Notes: generated from the sequence alone by a model not told the origin. DNA of 64,000 bases from Thermodesulfovibrionales bacterium (GCA_044450345.1 JBIOIY010000006.1:29696-93695); one strand, 5' to 3'. Shown: positions 38,909 through 49,623, counted from the stretch's first letter. Program-made: numbers and translations.

Positions 38909-39721
38909 ATGAAAAAGCTTGGTCTGATATGCGGCAGCGGCGAACTGCCCTTCGCCGTTGCGCAGGAGGCTCGGTCAAAGGGACATTATGTATTCGCCAT
39001 CGGACTTGAACCTGTCGCTGAAAAGGCGCTCGCCTCTGCAGTTGACGAGATAAAATGGATAAGCGTCGGCAAACTCGGTTCCGTTATCGATGCTTTGAAA
39101 AAAGCAGGCATAAAAGAGGCGGTAATGGCCGGCAAGGTCCCGAAATCACTTTTATATAAAAGCAAGATAACGCCGGACCTCCGTGCCGTAAAGGTTCTTT
39201 TTTCTCTGAAAGACCGGAGCGACGATGCAATCCTGCTTGCCGTAGCGAAAGAGCTGGAAAAAGACGGCATCACCCTCCTTAATACGACCGACTTCAGTTC
39301 CCGGCTATTGACTCCTGAAGGCACCTTGACCAAAGGCGTCCCTTCGGATGATGAGTGGAAGGACATTGCCTTCGGCTTCAAGATGGCAAAGGAAATGGGA
39401 AGATTGGACATCGGACAGACAGTGGTTGTGAAGAATCAGGCCGTAATGGCGGTCGAGGCGATAGAGGGGACGGATGAGGCGATACGAAGAGGGGGAAGCC
39501 TTGCAGGGCATGGGGCGGTGGTGATTAAGGTGAGCAAGCCGCAGCAGGACTTGAGGTTCGATGTGCCTGTAGTGGGCATGGACACCCTCCGGGCAATGAT
39601 CGAGGTAAAGGCACGCGTGTTGGCCCTTGAGGCAGACAAAAGCATCCTTCTTAATAGAGAAGAATTGCTGATGAAAGCCGACAAGTCAAAGATATCCATA
39701 GTCGGTTTTCATGGGCGTTAG
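38909..39721 (+). CDS. lpxI: UDP-2,3-diacylglucosamine hydrolase LpxI
   Basis: DIGQ, AVEAIEGTD and QDLRFDVP motifs; follows lpxA. Confidence 0.92.
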   Translation: MKKLGLICGSGELPFAVAQEARSKGHYVFAIGLEPVAEKALASAVDEIKWISVGKLGSVIDALKKAGIKEAVMAGKVPKSLLYKSKITPDLRAVKVLFSLKDRSDDAILLAVAKELEKDGITLLNTTDFSSRLLTPEGTLTKGVPSDDEWKDIAFGFKMAKEMGRLDIGQTVVVKNQAVMAVEAIEGTDEAIRRGGSLAGHGAVVIKVSKPQQDLRFDVPVVGMDTLRAMIEVKARVLALEADKSILLNREELLMKADKSKISIVGFHGR

Positions 39722-39800
39722 ACGTTTCCCTTGGTCTCTTCAACTTAATAAAGGGTGCATCCTACCCTTCACCATTAATGAGTCCATAAAATTAGTTACA

Positions 39801-39830
39801 TTGACAAAAAAGGGTAATTTTGTGTATATA
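39801..39830 (+). promoter_or_regulatory. Candidate sigma70 promoter of the cytochrome module
   Basis: TTGACA at 39801 with an imperfect -10 (TATATA) 18 nt downstream. Confidence 0.45.
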
Positions 39831-39906
39831 TACCCCTGTTAATCCCGGATTTAGCTTCGCCAGGCTATTCTTAAGCAATAGCTATAATTTAATTATTGAG
39901 GTGCTT

Positions 39907-40836
39907 ATGCCATACAGGAAGGTCATGTTCTTTGTCGTACCTTTGTTGGTCCTCGCCCTCGTTCTTCCCCTCGCGGTCTCGGCGCAGGAATCAGCGAACT
40001 GTCTTGCATGTCACAGTTCCATGAAGGGAAAAATCAAGACGACTGCCGGTAATCTTATCGAGCTAAATGTGGATTCCGAAAAGTTTCAGTCATCGGTCCA
40101 CGGCGCGCTGGCCTGTACCGACTGTCACATGAAATTCACGGACAATCCGCACTCCTCACCGGCCGCATCGGTGCCTCAGGATGTCCTCTCTCTATCATCA
40201 AAGATCTCCAAGAAATATCCTGTAGACCCCGTGGCTGCAGCGGCCTGCAGCAAGTGTCATGGAGAGATTTATCAAAAGGTCCTCGCAAGTGTCCACGGCA
40301 GGAACATCACCGAAAAACACCAGACGGACGGCGCACTTTGCATAGATTGCCATGGATCGCCTCATTACATTGTTCCTGTTAAGAACCCGGCATCGAAGGT
40401 CAGTCGCCAGCAGCAGGTTGAAACCTGCGGCAAGTGTCATGGGAACAAACAGATAATAGAGAAATACAACCTTGAAGAAAATGTAATGGAAAGCTTCAGG
40501 GAGAGTTTCCACGGGAGGAAACTCCACCTTGGGCATACAAAAGTCCCGGTCTGCTCAAGCTGTCACAATTCTCACGATATCATGTCCAAAAACGATCCTG
40601 CTTCCCCTGTCTTCGGCAACAACCGGCTTCAGACTTGCGGCAAGTGCCATAAGGGGGCCAACGAGAAGTTCATACCGGCCATCACCCATAAACGGCCCGG
40701 CCCGATACCTCATTACACAGAAAAGGCGCTGATATTCCTGGTGTTGGGGGTCTTCACCTTTATCATCTCTCATGTGCTGCTTGAGGCATTCTCCGACATC
40801 AGGGACGCTATCTTCAGGAAAGGGGGGCACGAATAA
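39907..40836 (+). CDS. Heptaheme cytochrome c with C-terminal membrane anchor (CbcA-like)
   Basis: Signal peptide from ATG 39907, seven CxxCH, C-terminal TM helix containing His. Confidence 0.88.
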   Translation: MPYRKVMFFVVPLLVLALVLPLAVSAQESANCLACHSSMKGKIKTTAGNLIELNVDSEKFQSSVHGALACTDCHMKFTDNPHSSPAASVPQDVLSLSSKISKKYPVDPVAAAACSKCHGEIYQKVLASVHGRNITEKHQTDGALCIDCHGSPHYIVPVKNPASKVSRQQQVETCGKCHGNKQIIEKYNLEENVMESFRESFHGRKLHLGHTKVPVCSSCHNSHDIMSKNDPASPVFGNNRLQTCGKCHKGANEKFIPAITHKRPGPIPHYTEKALIFLVLGVFTFIISHVLLEAFSDIRDAIFRKGGHE

Positions 40837-41579
40837 TGTCCACGACATCTACCCAGAAAATACCCAAGGAAATAGAGAGGTTCAATGTAACCTTCAGGAT
40901 ACAGCACATTCTCATGTTTACTACGTTTCTTCTCCTCAGTTTTACGGGATGGGGCCTGAAATACGCACAAGAACCCGCGGGCGTATCGAGCTGGTGGATA
41001 CGCGTATGGGGCGGGCCTGAGACCGCCGGCATCATCCACAGGGTAGCCGGGATCACCATGCTCCTCGACTTCATCTGGCATGTGGTCTACCTCGGGTATC
41101 TCTTCGCCACGAAACGGATGACTATCAACTTGAAGACAACGATCATACCCCTACCCAAGGACATCTTTGATGTGATACAGAATTTCTTATACTTCTTCGG
41201 ACTGTCAAAGGAAAAGCCGAGGTTCGGGAAATACTCCTATGCCCAGAAATTCGACTATTGGGCGGTCTTCTGGGGCATGTTCATCATCGGTTTCTCAGGT
41301 TTTGCCCTCGCCTTTCCGATGCTCGTATCGCATATCATCCCGAGGTTCGCCACGGCATGGATATGGGAGCTCCTGTCGATCATGCACAGCGACGAGGCGC
41401 TCCTGGCGATAGTCTTCATCCTCTTCTGGCACTTCTACAACGAACACCTCAAACCTGAGAATTTCCCGATGAGCTGGCTCTGGATAACCGGAAAGATATC
41501 GACGGAGAAGCTGAAACATCACCACCCCATCGAATACGAGCTGTTATTCCCGGATGCGAAAAAAAGTAAAAAGGATTAG
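40836..41579 (+). CDS. Membrane cytochrome b (FdnI/CbcB-like)
   Basis: RF...RIQH, IHR, KFDYWAVFWG and H.DEALLA....IxxWHFY motifs. Confidence 0.88.
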   Translation: MSTTSTQKIPKEIERFNVTFRIQHILMFTTFLLLSFTGWGLKYAQEPAGVSSWWIRVWGGPETAGIIHRVAGITMLLDFIWHVVYLGYLFATKRMTINLKTTIIPLPKDIFDVIQNFLYFFGLSKEKPRFGKYSYAQKFDYWAVFWGMFIIGFSGFALAFPMLVSHIIPRFATAWIWELLSIMHSDEALLAIVFILFWHFYNEHLKPENFPMSWLWITGKISTEKLKHHHPIEYELLFPDAKKSKKD

Positions 41580-41587
41580 GGGGAAAG

Positions 41588-42346
41588 ATGGTGAGAAGAT
41601 TAGCGGTCCTGTCCATCGTCTTGCTGCTTTTTTCCTGTAACAGATGGAAGGCCGGCGAAAAGCCGGTCCTCCAGGAGAAGGGGTCGCCGGTGATAGCCTC
41701 GCTGAAAGATTCCTCTCTCCCTTGTTTCAGGTGCCATTCCTACGAAAAATTTTCCCTTGACTCGAAGGGGAAGTTTTCCCATCCTAAACATCTCGGCCTT
41801 GGCGTGCATTGCAACCAGTGCCACGTCATGATGCCCCACAAAGAGATGGCCCTGAACAAAGATACGTGCAACAACTGCCATAACCTTACGATATTTACCT
41901 ACGCCGACTCTGGCATCCCTGTGACGTTTTCGCACCAGAACCATGCGAAGAAGTACGGCTGCGGCGAGTGCCACCCTAAGCTCTTCCAGATGAAAAAAGG
42001 CACCTCGAACATAGTAATGGACGAGATGTACAAAGGCGGCAATTGCGGCAGGTGCCATAATGGCAGGATTGCATTCGCTGCAAAGGACTGCGCCAGGTGC
42101 CACAACATGGCGGCCCTGAAGAAGGACTTCAGTTATCCTTCGGGCAATATGTCGGCCGCAATATTCAGCCACCAGGTGCATACGGCGATGTTCGAATGCG
42201 CCAACTGCCATACCGCGATCTTCAAATACAAAAAGGGCGGTTCAGGCATGAAGATGGACGACCTCTACCAGAACAAGTTCTGCGGCAAATGTCATGACGG
42301 CCAGGGCGCCTTCGCCACAAGCGATTGCCAGAAGTGTCATAAGTAA
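41588..42346 (+). CDS. Nonaheme c7-type cytochrome c lipoprotein
   Basis: Lipobox LFSC; nine CxxCH in three FSHxxH-led triheme repeats. Confidence 0.88.
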   Translation: MVRRLAVLSIVLLLFSCNRWKAGEKPVLQEKGSPVIASLKDSSLPCFRCHSYEKFSLDSKGKFSHPKHLGLGVHCNQCHVMMPHKEMALNKDTCNNCHNLTIFTYADSGIPVTFSHQNHAKKYGCGECHPKLFQMKKGTSNIVMDEMYKGGNCGRCHNGRIAFAAKDCARCHNMAALKKDFSYPSGNMSAAIFSHQVHTAMFECANCHTAIFKYKKGGSGMKMDDLYQNKFCGKCHDGQGAFATSDCQKCHK

Positions 42347-42354
42347 TCAATAAA

Positions 42355-42387
42355 AGAGGGGCGGATGAAAAATCCGCCCTCTACTTT
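42355..42387 (+). terminator. Terminator of the cytochrome operon
   Basis: AGAGGGGCGGAT/ATCCGCCCTCT followed by ACTTT. Confidence 0.75.
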
Positions 42388-42478
42388 GCCCACCGTTGCG
42401 TAATACAATCCTCGCCTGAGACACTGATTATTTTGTTATAATCATTCTGTTACTAACAAAGGCTCTGGAGGCACCATA

Positions 42479-43312
42479 ATGTGTGAGTTTTGCACGAGTC
42501 ACGGTGAAGGCAAGGAATGGTATCTCAACGTCAGAAATTACTCTGCCGAGCTGTTAAACGATCCTCATCGTAAGTCCATGATCAGGAACTTCTACAAGGA
42601 GATGGTCGAACAGGGGAACAACAAGATCACCCGCATGGAGCAGATGTTTCAGCACAATCCGAAACTTCTGGAGAGAATAAGGTCCGCTTACGTGAAGGAA
42701 ATGAAATCAACGCACTTCGGGCAGGTCCTTCCTTTGGAGGATGTGGGCAAAATCCTCACGACCTGCAACACCGCTGTAAGACTGCCATGCGGATGCCGCT
42801 GGGCGTTCAGCAAACAGGAGACCCGTGTCTGTTTCGGAATAAGCTTCGGAGCTCCCGAGTGGTTTAATGATCTCGACACGGACTATTTCGGATCGCCCGA
42901 TGTATCCAAATTCGACCATTTACACAAGGAACAGGTCCTCGATCAAATCAGACAACTGGACGGCCGGGGATTGGTCCATAGTGTCTGGACCTTTCAGACC
43001 CCTTTTATCGGCGCAATATGCAACTGCGAATTAAAATCGTGTCTTGCCATGCGAAGCACCATCGGGCTTCAGATGCCGCTGATGTTCAGATCTGAAAAAC
43101 TGGCTGAAGTGGACGCCGCGAAATGCAGAGGCTGCCGGGAATGTGGTCACCTCTGCCAGTTTGGCGCGGTCGAATATTCAGAGGCTGATAACAGATCGCA
43201 TATAAACTGGAGGCGCTGTTTCGGCTGCGGGGTTTGCCGGGCAGCTTGTTCTGAAGATGCAATCACCTTAGTGGACCGCAAGACGCACCCCTTTGCTTCT
43301 TCTCTTTGGTAA
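42479..43312 (+). CDS. Cys-rich protein with a C-terminal 2x[4Fe-4S] ferredoxin domain
   Basis: CEFC..HG, PCGCR, ICNC, CRGCRECGHLC and CFGCGVCRAAC motifs; SD GGAGG. Confidence 0.85.
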   Translation: MCEFCTSHGEGKEWYLNVRNYSAELLNDPHRKSMIRNFYKEMVEQGNNKITRMEQMFQHNPKLLERIRSAYVKEMKSTHFGQVLPLEDVGKILTTCNTAVRLPCGCRWAFSKQETRVCFGISFGAPEWFNDLDTDYFGSPDVSKFDHLHKEQVLDQIRQLDGRGLVHSVWTFQTPFIGAICNCELKSCLAMRSTIGLQMPLMFRSEKLAEVDAAKCRGCRECGHLCQFGAVEYSEADNRSHINWRRCFGCGVCRAACSEDAITLVDRKTHPFASSLW

Positions 43313-43468
43313 CTATAATATCGAGGTCCATCTGCCAAGCCCGTCCTTCCATCGACTGACTAAAAGGAGGGCCTTTCTTAGGCGGTTCGTTCAATACCCC
43401 GGTCTTCTCTGGAGGCTTGTCTGCGACCAGGATTTAAGGCATCTGGTTATTATTGATAGCAGAGTTTC

Positions 43469-44077
43469 CTATTTCGAAAGCTGCCTCACATTGTCACAGG
43501 CCGCCTGGTTACCCGCGTCACAGGCCTTACCGAAATCCGCCATCGCCTTTCTGACATAGGCTACGCCTCGGGACATATACACGTTCGTGTCCTTGGGCCT
43601 GATCGAGATGGCCTTATTATAGTCCTCGATTGCCTCGTCAAATTTTCCGGAATTCGCATAGGCGATCCCACGATTATGATAAGCCTCGACAGAGTTAGGG
43701 CTAAGCGAAATTATCTTATTGTAGTCACTCACCGCTTCGCTGTATTGCTTTGTTTTAAGGTATGCGAGCGCCCTGCTGTTATAATCCTGAACACTTTGCG
43801 GATTCTTCGCTATCACCTTGCTGAAATCAGAGATCGCCTCTTCATTCTTTCCGGTCTTGTAATACGCAAGCCCCCGGTTATGGTAGGCATCGATATACTC
43901 GGAATAAATTGAAATGGCTTGGGTATAAGCCTTTATCGCATTGTCATATTCTTCGCTATTATAATAGGTGTTTCCCCTGTCGAAATAGAAGCCGGCGTCG
44001 ACAGCCGCCTCCGATAACGCAGTATTTGCAGCAAGCAGCAGCCAGCACAGGAAAAATAGGGCGTTAGGTTTTATCAC
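43469..44077 (-). CDS. Exported TPR-repeat protein
   Basis: Repeated AYHNRG..Y...G..EAI.DY motifs; signal peptide from GTG 44077. Confidence 0.88.
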   Translation of the reverse strand: MIKPNALFFLCWLLLAANTALSEAAVDAGFYFDRGNTYYNSEEYDNAIKAYTQAISIYSEYIDAYHNRGLAYYKTGKNEEAISDFSKVIAKNPQSVQDYNSRALAYLKTKQYSEAVSDYNKIISLSPNSVEAYHNRGIAYANSGKFDEAIEDYNKAISIRPKDTNVYMSRGVAYVRKAMADFGKACDAGNQAACDNVRQLSK

Positions 44078-44298
44078 AGTCTCCACCTTCCAGTCATTAT
44101 AATGATAATTGCCGCCAAGGGGCAACTCACATAAATTATAGCAAAAGGAGGCTTTTTAAGGGGTTTCCTGGAATTTTCATATTTTCTTCAAATTTATAGA
44201 ATACACTTTTACTGAAAAAAGGATGGGTTTCGTTTTATTGACAACATTATAAATAAGGACCGGTCTCAGAAACATGAGCTGGGAGAGGATACGATAAA

Positions 44299-45729
44299 AT
44301 GGACAAAAATGAGCTATTTGAAGAGATCATCGAGATGGGAAAAAAGCGGGGTGGCCTTACCTATGATGAGATAAATGAGGCGATGTCTCCCGACTATTTT
44401 GCTCCGGAAGAGATGGAGGAACTCCTTGATATCCTTGAAGAATCAGGGATTGAAGTAGCCTCTTCCGAAGAATCCGGCGTTTTTGGGGCGGAAGACTGGG
44501 AAGAAGAGGAAGTACCCGAATCTGAAAAGACAGAAGACCTGGTACAGGCTTATTTCCATTCCATGGGCAACATTACGATTCTTACGAGGGAAGAGGAGAT
44601 CGAGATCGCCAAAAGGCTTGAGGAAGGCAGAAAGATCATCAGGAAAACCATTTCTTCGATGCCTCTTTATAAGAAGATTGAGGCAGACCTCGCTCAGCAA
44701 GAAGTATCGGAAGAGGAAGAAGCGGAAGAAAGGGCCTACAGAGCGGTTCTTTCAACCGTTGAGATACTCGACGGTTTGATGGAGCAGGTAGCAGCTGCGG
44801 ACCGCAGGATCTCGAGGTACGGGTCTTTGAAGGATTTGAGAAGGCTCATGCGTGAAAAAAAGAATAAGGGCGTCGATCCTATAAAGCTCCGGGAGTACGA
44901 AAAAGAGGTCCAGGCTGTCTATAAGGGTGTCGAATCGGCAGCCGGGCTGAAGGTGGATGACCTGAAAACTGCCTGGGACAGAATTACAAAGGCCCGAACT
45001 TTGTATGCCGATGCCAAGAACGAGTTGACTACCAGAAACCTCAGACTGGTCGTGAATATAGCGAAGAATTATCTTGGCAGGGGCCTCTCCTTGCTGGATC
45101 TAATCCAGGAGGGGAATATCGGACTTATGAAAGCAGTCGACAAGTTCAAGTATGAAAAGGGCTTCAAGTTCAGTACCTATGCTACCTGGTGGATAAGACA
45201 GGCCATTACGAGGGCGCTCATAGATCAAACTAAGACAATACGGGTGCCTGTTCATATGGTTGAGTTCTACAACAAGGTCACCAGGGCGGCGAGGGAGCTG
45301 ACCCAGGAACTGGGCAGGGAACCCCGCAATGAAGAAATCGCAGGGAAAATGGGGGTGTCCGCCACCAAGATTGAAGAAGTTTTCAGGGCGATCCAAGACC
45401 CTATAGCTCTTCAGACCAAGGTCGGCGATGAAGATTCGGAGCTTGAGGATTTTATAAGCGATGAAAACAGTCCATCGCCTTACTCCGGCACGGAAAAAAA
45501 TGAACTCTCGGAAAAGATGATCCAACTTCTCAAGACACTCCACCCCAATGAGGAGAAGGTCATCAGGATGAGATTCGGGATAGGGGTCGACAGAGACCAT
45601 ACGCTTGAAGAGGTGGGGAGATACCTTTCCCTTACTCGCGAGAGGGTAAGACAGATCGAGGCAAAGGCGCTGAGAAAGCTCAAACACCCTGGAAGACTAA
45701 GGGTGCTGAGGATACTGACTGCCGCATAG
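44299..45729 (+). CDS. RpoD/SigA-family sigma70 factor (possibly a paralogue)
   Basis: Regions 1.1, 1.2, 2 ([29 protein letters not shown]) and 4 (TLEEVG...TRERVRQIE). Confidence 0.92.
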   Translation: MDKNELFEEIIEMGKKRGGLTYDEINEAMSPDYFAPEEMEELLDILEESGIEVASSEESGVFGAEDWEEEEVPESEKTEDLVQAYFHSMGNITILTREEEIEIAKRLEEGRKIIRKTISSMPLYKKIEADLAQQEVSEEEEAEERAYRAVLSTVEILDGLMEQVAAADRRISRYGSLKDLRRLMREKKNKGVDPIKLREYEKEVQAVYKGVESAAGLKVDDLKTAWDRITKARTLYADAKNELTTRNLRLVVNIAKNYLGRGLSLLDLIQEGNIGLMKAVDKFKYEKGFKFSTYATWWIRQAITRALIDQTKTIRVPVHMVEFYNKVTRAARELTQELGREPRNEEIAGKMGVSATKIEEVFRAIQDPIALQTKVGDEDSELEDFISDENSPSPYSGTEKNELSEKMIQLLKTLHPNEEKVIRMRFGIGVDRDHTLEEVGRYLSLTRERVRQIEAKALRKLKHPGRLRVLRILTAA

Positions 45730-45824
45730 TCAACCGACTAAGGGCTTCGACGCCTCCTGAGAGATTCATGGGCCGCCTGAATGATATAGGGATCAGGGTC
45801 GTCTCTGACACGGTGGGGACATAA

Positions 45825-47183
45825 CTAACCCTCCGCGATGCCGAGCTTCTTGATTTTTCTATAGAGCGTAGCGAGGTCTACGCCAAGTTGGAGCGCGGTC
45901 TCTTCCTTGCGCCAGTCATTCGCCTGGAGCGCCTCCTTTATGATCTTTTCTTCGTAGTGATCGAGCCTGTCCTTCAGCGTATTCAGCCCCGGCGAGCTGT
46001 CCCTGGTTTTTATCTTATCGGGGAGTTCGGCAATGCCTATCGCGCCCTCCCCGGATAGTACAACCGCCCTCTCGATGACATTCCGCAATTCTCTGATATT
46101 TCCCGGCCATGGGTAGTTATTCAGCGCTGCAAGCGCCTCGTCAGTTATGCCGGACACCCTTTTGTTATTTTCCTTGCTGTACTTCTCTATGAAATGATGC
46201 GCAAGAACGTTAATATCTTCTCTTCTCTCCCTGAGAGGAGGGATCTTCACCTCAATTACATTCAGCCTGTAATAGAGGTCTTCTCTGAAGAGCCCCTTCC
46301 TTATCTGCTCTTCGAGATCCTTGTTTGTAGCCGCGACAAGTCTGACGTCAGCAAATGCCGCCTTGGTATCGCCCAATGGTTGGACCTCGCCTGTTTCAAG
46401 GACCTTCAGTACCTTGGCCTGGAGGCCTAAAGGCATATCCCCTATCTCATCAAGGAAAAGTGTGCCCTGGTCGGCCATCGTTATCAAACCCTTCTTATCG
46501 GAGGTCGCACCTGTAAAGGCGCCCTTTCTGTACCCGAAGAGTTCGCTTTCGAGCAGGTTCTCCGGAATCGCCGAACAGTTTATGCATATGAAAGGTTTGT
46601 CCTTCCTCTGGCTATTGTTGTGTACAACCTCGGCGATCAGCCCTTTGCCGGTGCCGCTTTCCCCGAGGATGAGGATGTTGGAGCGGGTCGGAATCACCTT
46701 GCCCAGGACATCGAAGACCTTCGCTATCTGGGGGGAAACACCGACGAATGTCCTGCTGCCGAACTGCTGGCTCAGTTGCTGTCTCAGGGCCAGGTTTTCC
46801 ATCAGGACCTTTTTGTGCTCAAGGAGCCTCCTGACAGTCATCTTGACGTCTTCATTGATGAAAGGCTTAACGATATAGTCACTCGCGCCCTTTTTCATGG
46901 CCTCGACCGCCGATTCCACCGAGGCATAGGCGGTCATAATAATCACGATGAGGCCGGGATTAACGGCAAGGGCTTTTTCAAGCACCTGCAGACCGTCAAT
47001 GCCCTCCATCCTTAGATCGCTTATGACGAGATCGAAATCTTCGGACTCTATTTTCTTAAGCGCTTCCTGGCCGCTGTTTGCGGTCACCACTTTATATCCT
47101 TCACGCGACAAAAGGAATTCGAGGGCCCTGCAGATGTCCCTTTCATCATCTACCACAAGTATTTTCGATGTTTCAGCTTTCAT
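45825..47183 (-). CDS. Sigma54-dependent response regulator (NtrC/AtoC family)
   Basis: Receiver domain, GESGTGK, GAFTGA, LFLDEIG, Fis-type HTH. Confidence 0.95.
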   Translation of the reverse strand: MKAETSKILVVDDERDICRALEFLLSREGYKVVTANSGQEALKKIESEDFDLVISDLRMEGIDGLQVLEKALAVNPGLIVIIMTAYASVESAVEAMKKGASDYIVKPFINEDVKMTVRRLLEHKKVLMENLALRQQLSQQFGSRTFVGVSPQIAKVFDVLGKVIPTRSNILILGESGTGKGLIAEVVHNNSQRKDKPFICINCSAIPENLLESELFGYRKGAFTGATSDKKGLITMADQGTLFLDEIGDMPLGLQAKVLKVLETGEVQPLGDTKAAFADVRLVAATNKDLEEQIRKGLFREDLYYRLNVIEVKIPPLRERREDINVLAHHFIEKYSKENNKRVSGITDEALAALNNYPWPGNIRELRNVIERAVVLSGEGAIGIAELPDKIKTRDSSPGLNTLKDRLDHYEEKIIKEALQANDWRKEETALQLGVDLATLYRKIKKLGIAEG

Positions 47184-49623
47184 AATACGGCAGCCTCACC
47201 CTGAAAATCGTTCCGCCTTCCGGTCTGCTTTCGACAAGAATGTCGCCCTGATAACTTCTGATGATATTATAACTGACTGCAAGCCCGAGTCCGGTCCCTT
47301 TGTCCTTAGTAGTGAAAAAAGGATCGAATATTTTTTCCATGTGCTCCGCCGGAATCCCGGACCCGGTATCCGCTACCGTTATCTCTATCTCCTCGTCGAG
47401 CTCCCTGGCCCTTATGTCGAGATTTCCCCCGTCTGACATAGCATCAGCCGCGTTAAGAATGATATTCATGAGCACCTGGATCATCTGGGTCTCATTCACC
47501 CTGACGGGGGGGAGGGTTTCGGGTATTTCAACATTAATCTTTATCCCCTTCATCCTCTTGTCGTATTTCACAAGATCGAGTGTCATAGCTACGAGCTCGG
47601 CAGCGTCATGATGCCCGAGGTCCGATGCCCTTGTCTTCGAGAAACTCGACATCTGTCTGACGATGTCAGCGATACGGGTGATGTGCTTAGCCACTGTATC
47701 GAGGCTCTCCTTTGTAAACTCGTCATGGTCCATTTCTCTGAGTATCTGGACATACGAAGAGATAGAGGTAAGAGGGTTGCCTATCTCATGGGCGATGCCG
47801 GCGGAGATCCTCGCCAGAGCAGAAAGTTTCTCAGACTGCATCATCCGGTCTTCCATCTTCCTGATGTCAGTGACGTCTTGAATCAGGATAAGGGACTGCC
47901 GGTGTCCCTGCGGCGTGATAAGCGGAGTCGAGGTTATCTGGAAATAACCCTTCTTCCGGCCGTAGTTGTGGTAAATCACCTCGCGAAGCATCTTATCGTC
48001 GACGATCGCGCGGTGGATATTGTTTTCCCCATAAATCTTTTCGATCGTTATCTTCTGAAACGTCTCCTCTCCAAGCCATTCAAGGAGTGTCCTGTTCGCC
48101 CATAGCACCCTTCTGTCCACGTCGTCCATTACGCAAAGACCGCCTTCTATCGCGCTCACTATCGCATCGAGTTTTTCTTTTTCTCCCTTCAATTCGTCTG
48201 TCCTGCTGACCACCATCTCCTCAAGCCTCAGCGCATATTCCTGGATCTTGGTTTTCAGGTTGACTTCTTCAGTCACGTCGCTGCTCGAAAGTATAATGCC
48301 GGCCACTTCGCCGTGAAGTATAAGAGGGTTAATATTTATATTAAGATAGAGTGTCCGGCCGTCGAGGGGATAGGGATAGTTGCTGAGCCGACGGCTTTTC
48401 CCGCCGAGACATTCTTCGAGGATCCCTTTAATCGTTCCCGTCTCCCGGCCGGCATCGCTTGTCGGGAACATTTCGAAGAAACTTTCCCCGATGATATCCT
48501 CTTTCTTTTGCCTGCAGAGTCGCGCGTGCGCAGAGTTCACTGTTCTGATGATCATGTCCCTGTCGAGTACCATAATCTTGGACTCTGTGCTTTCAAGAAG
48601 GTTCTCCAGGTAGTCCTTTGTCTGCACAATCTCCTTTTCGAGCAGCTTTTGGGCCTCGAGATATTTTGTCTTCTCTTCGGCCTTTACCCTCTGTCTGTTT
48701 ATCATCACGATGGCGAATGCCCCCATCACCGTAGCGACAAAAATGGAGATCACGAGAAGCGAATGGAGCTTCATGCTTTTCCTCATGCTGAAGGTCACTT
48801 CGGAATACGGTATGGATATACAGACTATCCAGGACAGATCGGCGATCTTCGCCCGCGAAAAAGCGATAAGCTTGTCCTCGCCGTAAGGGGCGATATAAGA
48901 ACTGAAGCCGATGTCACCGCTCTCGAGAATCTTCCTCTCGACGTCAAAGGAGGTATGGCAGTCGAAACATGACCTGTCGGCCTTGTAAAGGTTCTTTCCG
49001 ACCATCTTCGGCTGGGTGGGATGATAGAGAAGCGTACCGTTTCCGGACATCATCCATGCATGCCCCCTGATGCCTGCCCTTATCGGCGCCAGGAATTTTT
49101 TGCTTATTGTGTCTATCGAGAGATCCATGATCAAAAGTCCCTTCGGCAATGAACCCTGTATTACGGGTGCCAAGAGGGTTATCTTCCTCTCCTGGGCAAG
49201 TTGGTCCAGATACGTCACCTTGCCCGGATGCAGTGAAGCAACATTTTTGAAATGCTTCATCTCTTCGGAGGTGACAGGGAGCCCGTGAGAACTGTAAGTC
49301 AGTCTGCCACGACCGTCCAGTATCTTGATCGTGACGTTCACGTCTTCACTTAAGTCCACGTAGGCGGTATAAACGGATTCTTCCATGGTCCGGCCGCTCA
49401 GTTTTCCTTCTCCCAAAAGACGCGCCAGAGATAACGTCTCGGCCTCGATATGCTGGAGATCCCCTTCGATGCCCTTCGCTACGGACTTCGCAGTAATCAG
49501 CTGCTGGCGGTTAAACTGTTCCGCCATCTCGCTCTGGTAGCTCTGCTGAAAAAACATATTGAGTGTAATAATGAGAGAGATTATGAAGATTACAAGTATA
49601 AAAAGAGATATGTTGGTCTTCAA
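47173..49623 (-). CDS. Sensor histidine kinase with Cache-like periplasmic domain carrying CxxCH, plus PAS domains
   Basis: Two TM helices, CFDCH, AHEIGNPL H-box, FFTTK..GTGLGL. Confidence 0.92.
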   Translation of the reverse strand: MKTNISLFILVIFIISLIITLNMFFQQSYQSEMAEQFNRQQLITAKSVAKGIEGDLQHIEAETLSLARLLGEGKLSGRTMEESVYTAYVDLSEDVNVTIKILDGRGRLTYSSHGLPVTSEEMKHFKNVASLHPGKVTYLDQLAQERKITLLAPVIQGSLPKGLLIMDLSIDTISKKFLAPIRAGIRGHAWMMSGNGTLLYHPTQPKMVGKNLYKADRSCFDCHTSFDVERKILESGDIGFSSYIAPYGEDKLIAFSRAKIADLSWIVCISIPYSEVTFSMRKSMKLHSLLVISIFVATVMGAFAIVMINRQRVKAEEKTKYLEAQKLLEKEIVQTKDYLENLLESTESKIMVLDRDMIIRTVNSAHARLCRQKKEDIIGESFFEMFPTSDAGRETGTIKGILEECLGGKSRRLSNYPYPLDGRTLYLNININPLILHGEVAGIILSSSDVTEEVNLKTKIQEYALRLEEMVVSRTDELKGEKEKLDAIVSAIEGGLCVMDDVDRRVLWANRTLLEWLGEETFQKITIEKIYGENNIHRAIVDDKMLREVIYHNYGRKKGYFQITSTPLITPQGHRQSLILIQDVTDIRKMEDRMMQSEKLSALARISAGIAHEIGNPLTSISSYVQILREMDHDEFTKESLDTVAKHITRIADIVRQMSSFSKTRASDLGHHDAAELVAMTLDLVKYDKRMKGIKINVEIPETLPPVRVNETQMIQVLMNIILNAADAMSDGGNLDIRARELDEEIEITVADTGSGIPAEHMEKIFDPFFTTKDKGTGLGLAVSYNIIRSYQGDILVESRPEGGTIFRVRLPYYES

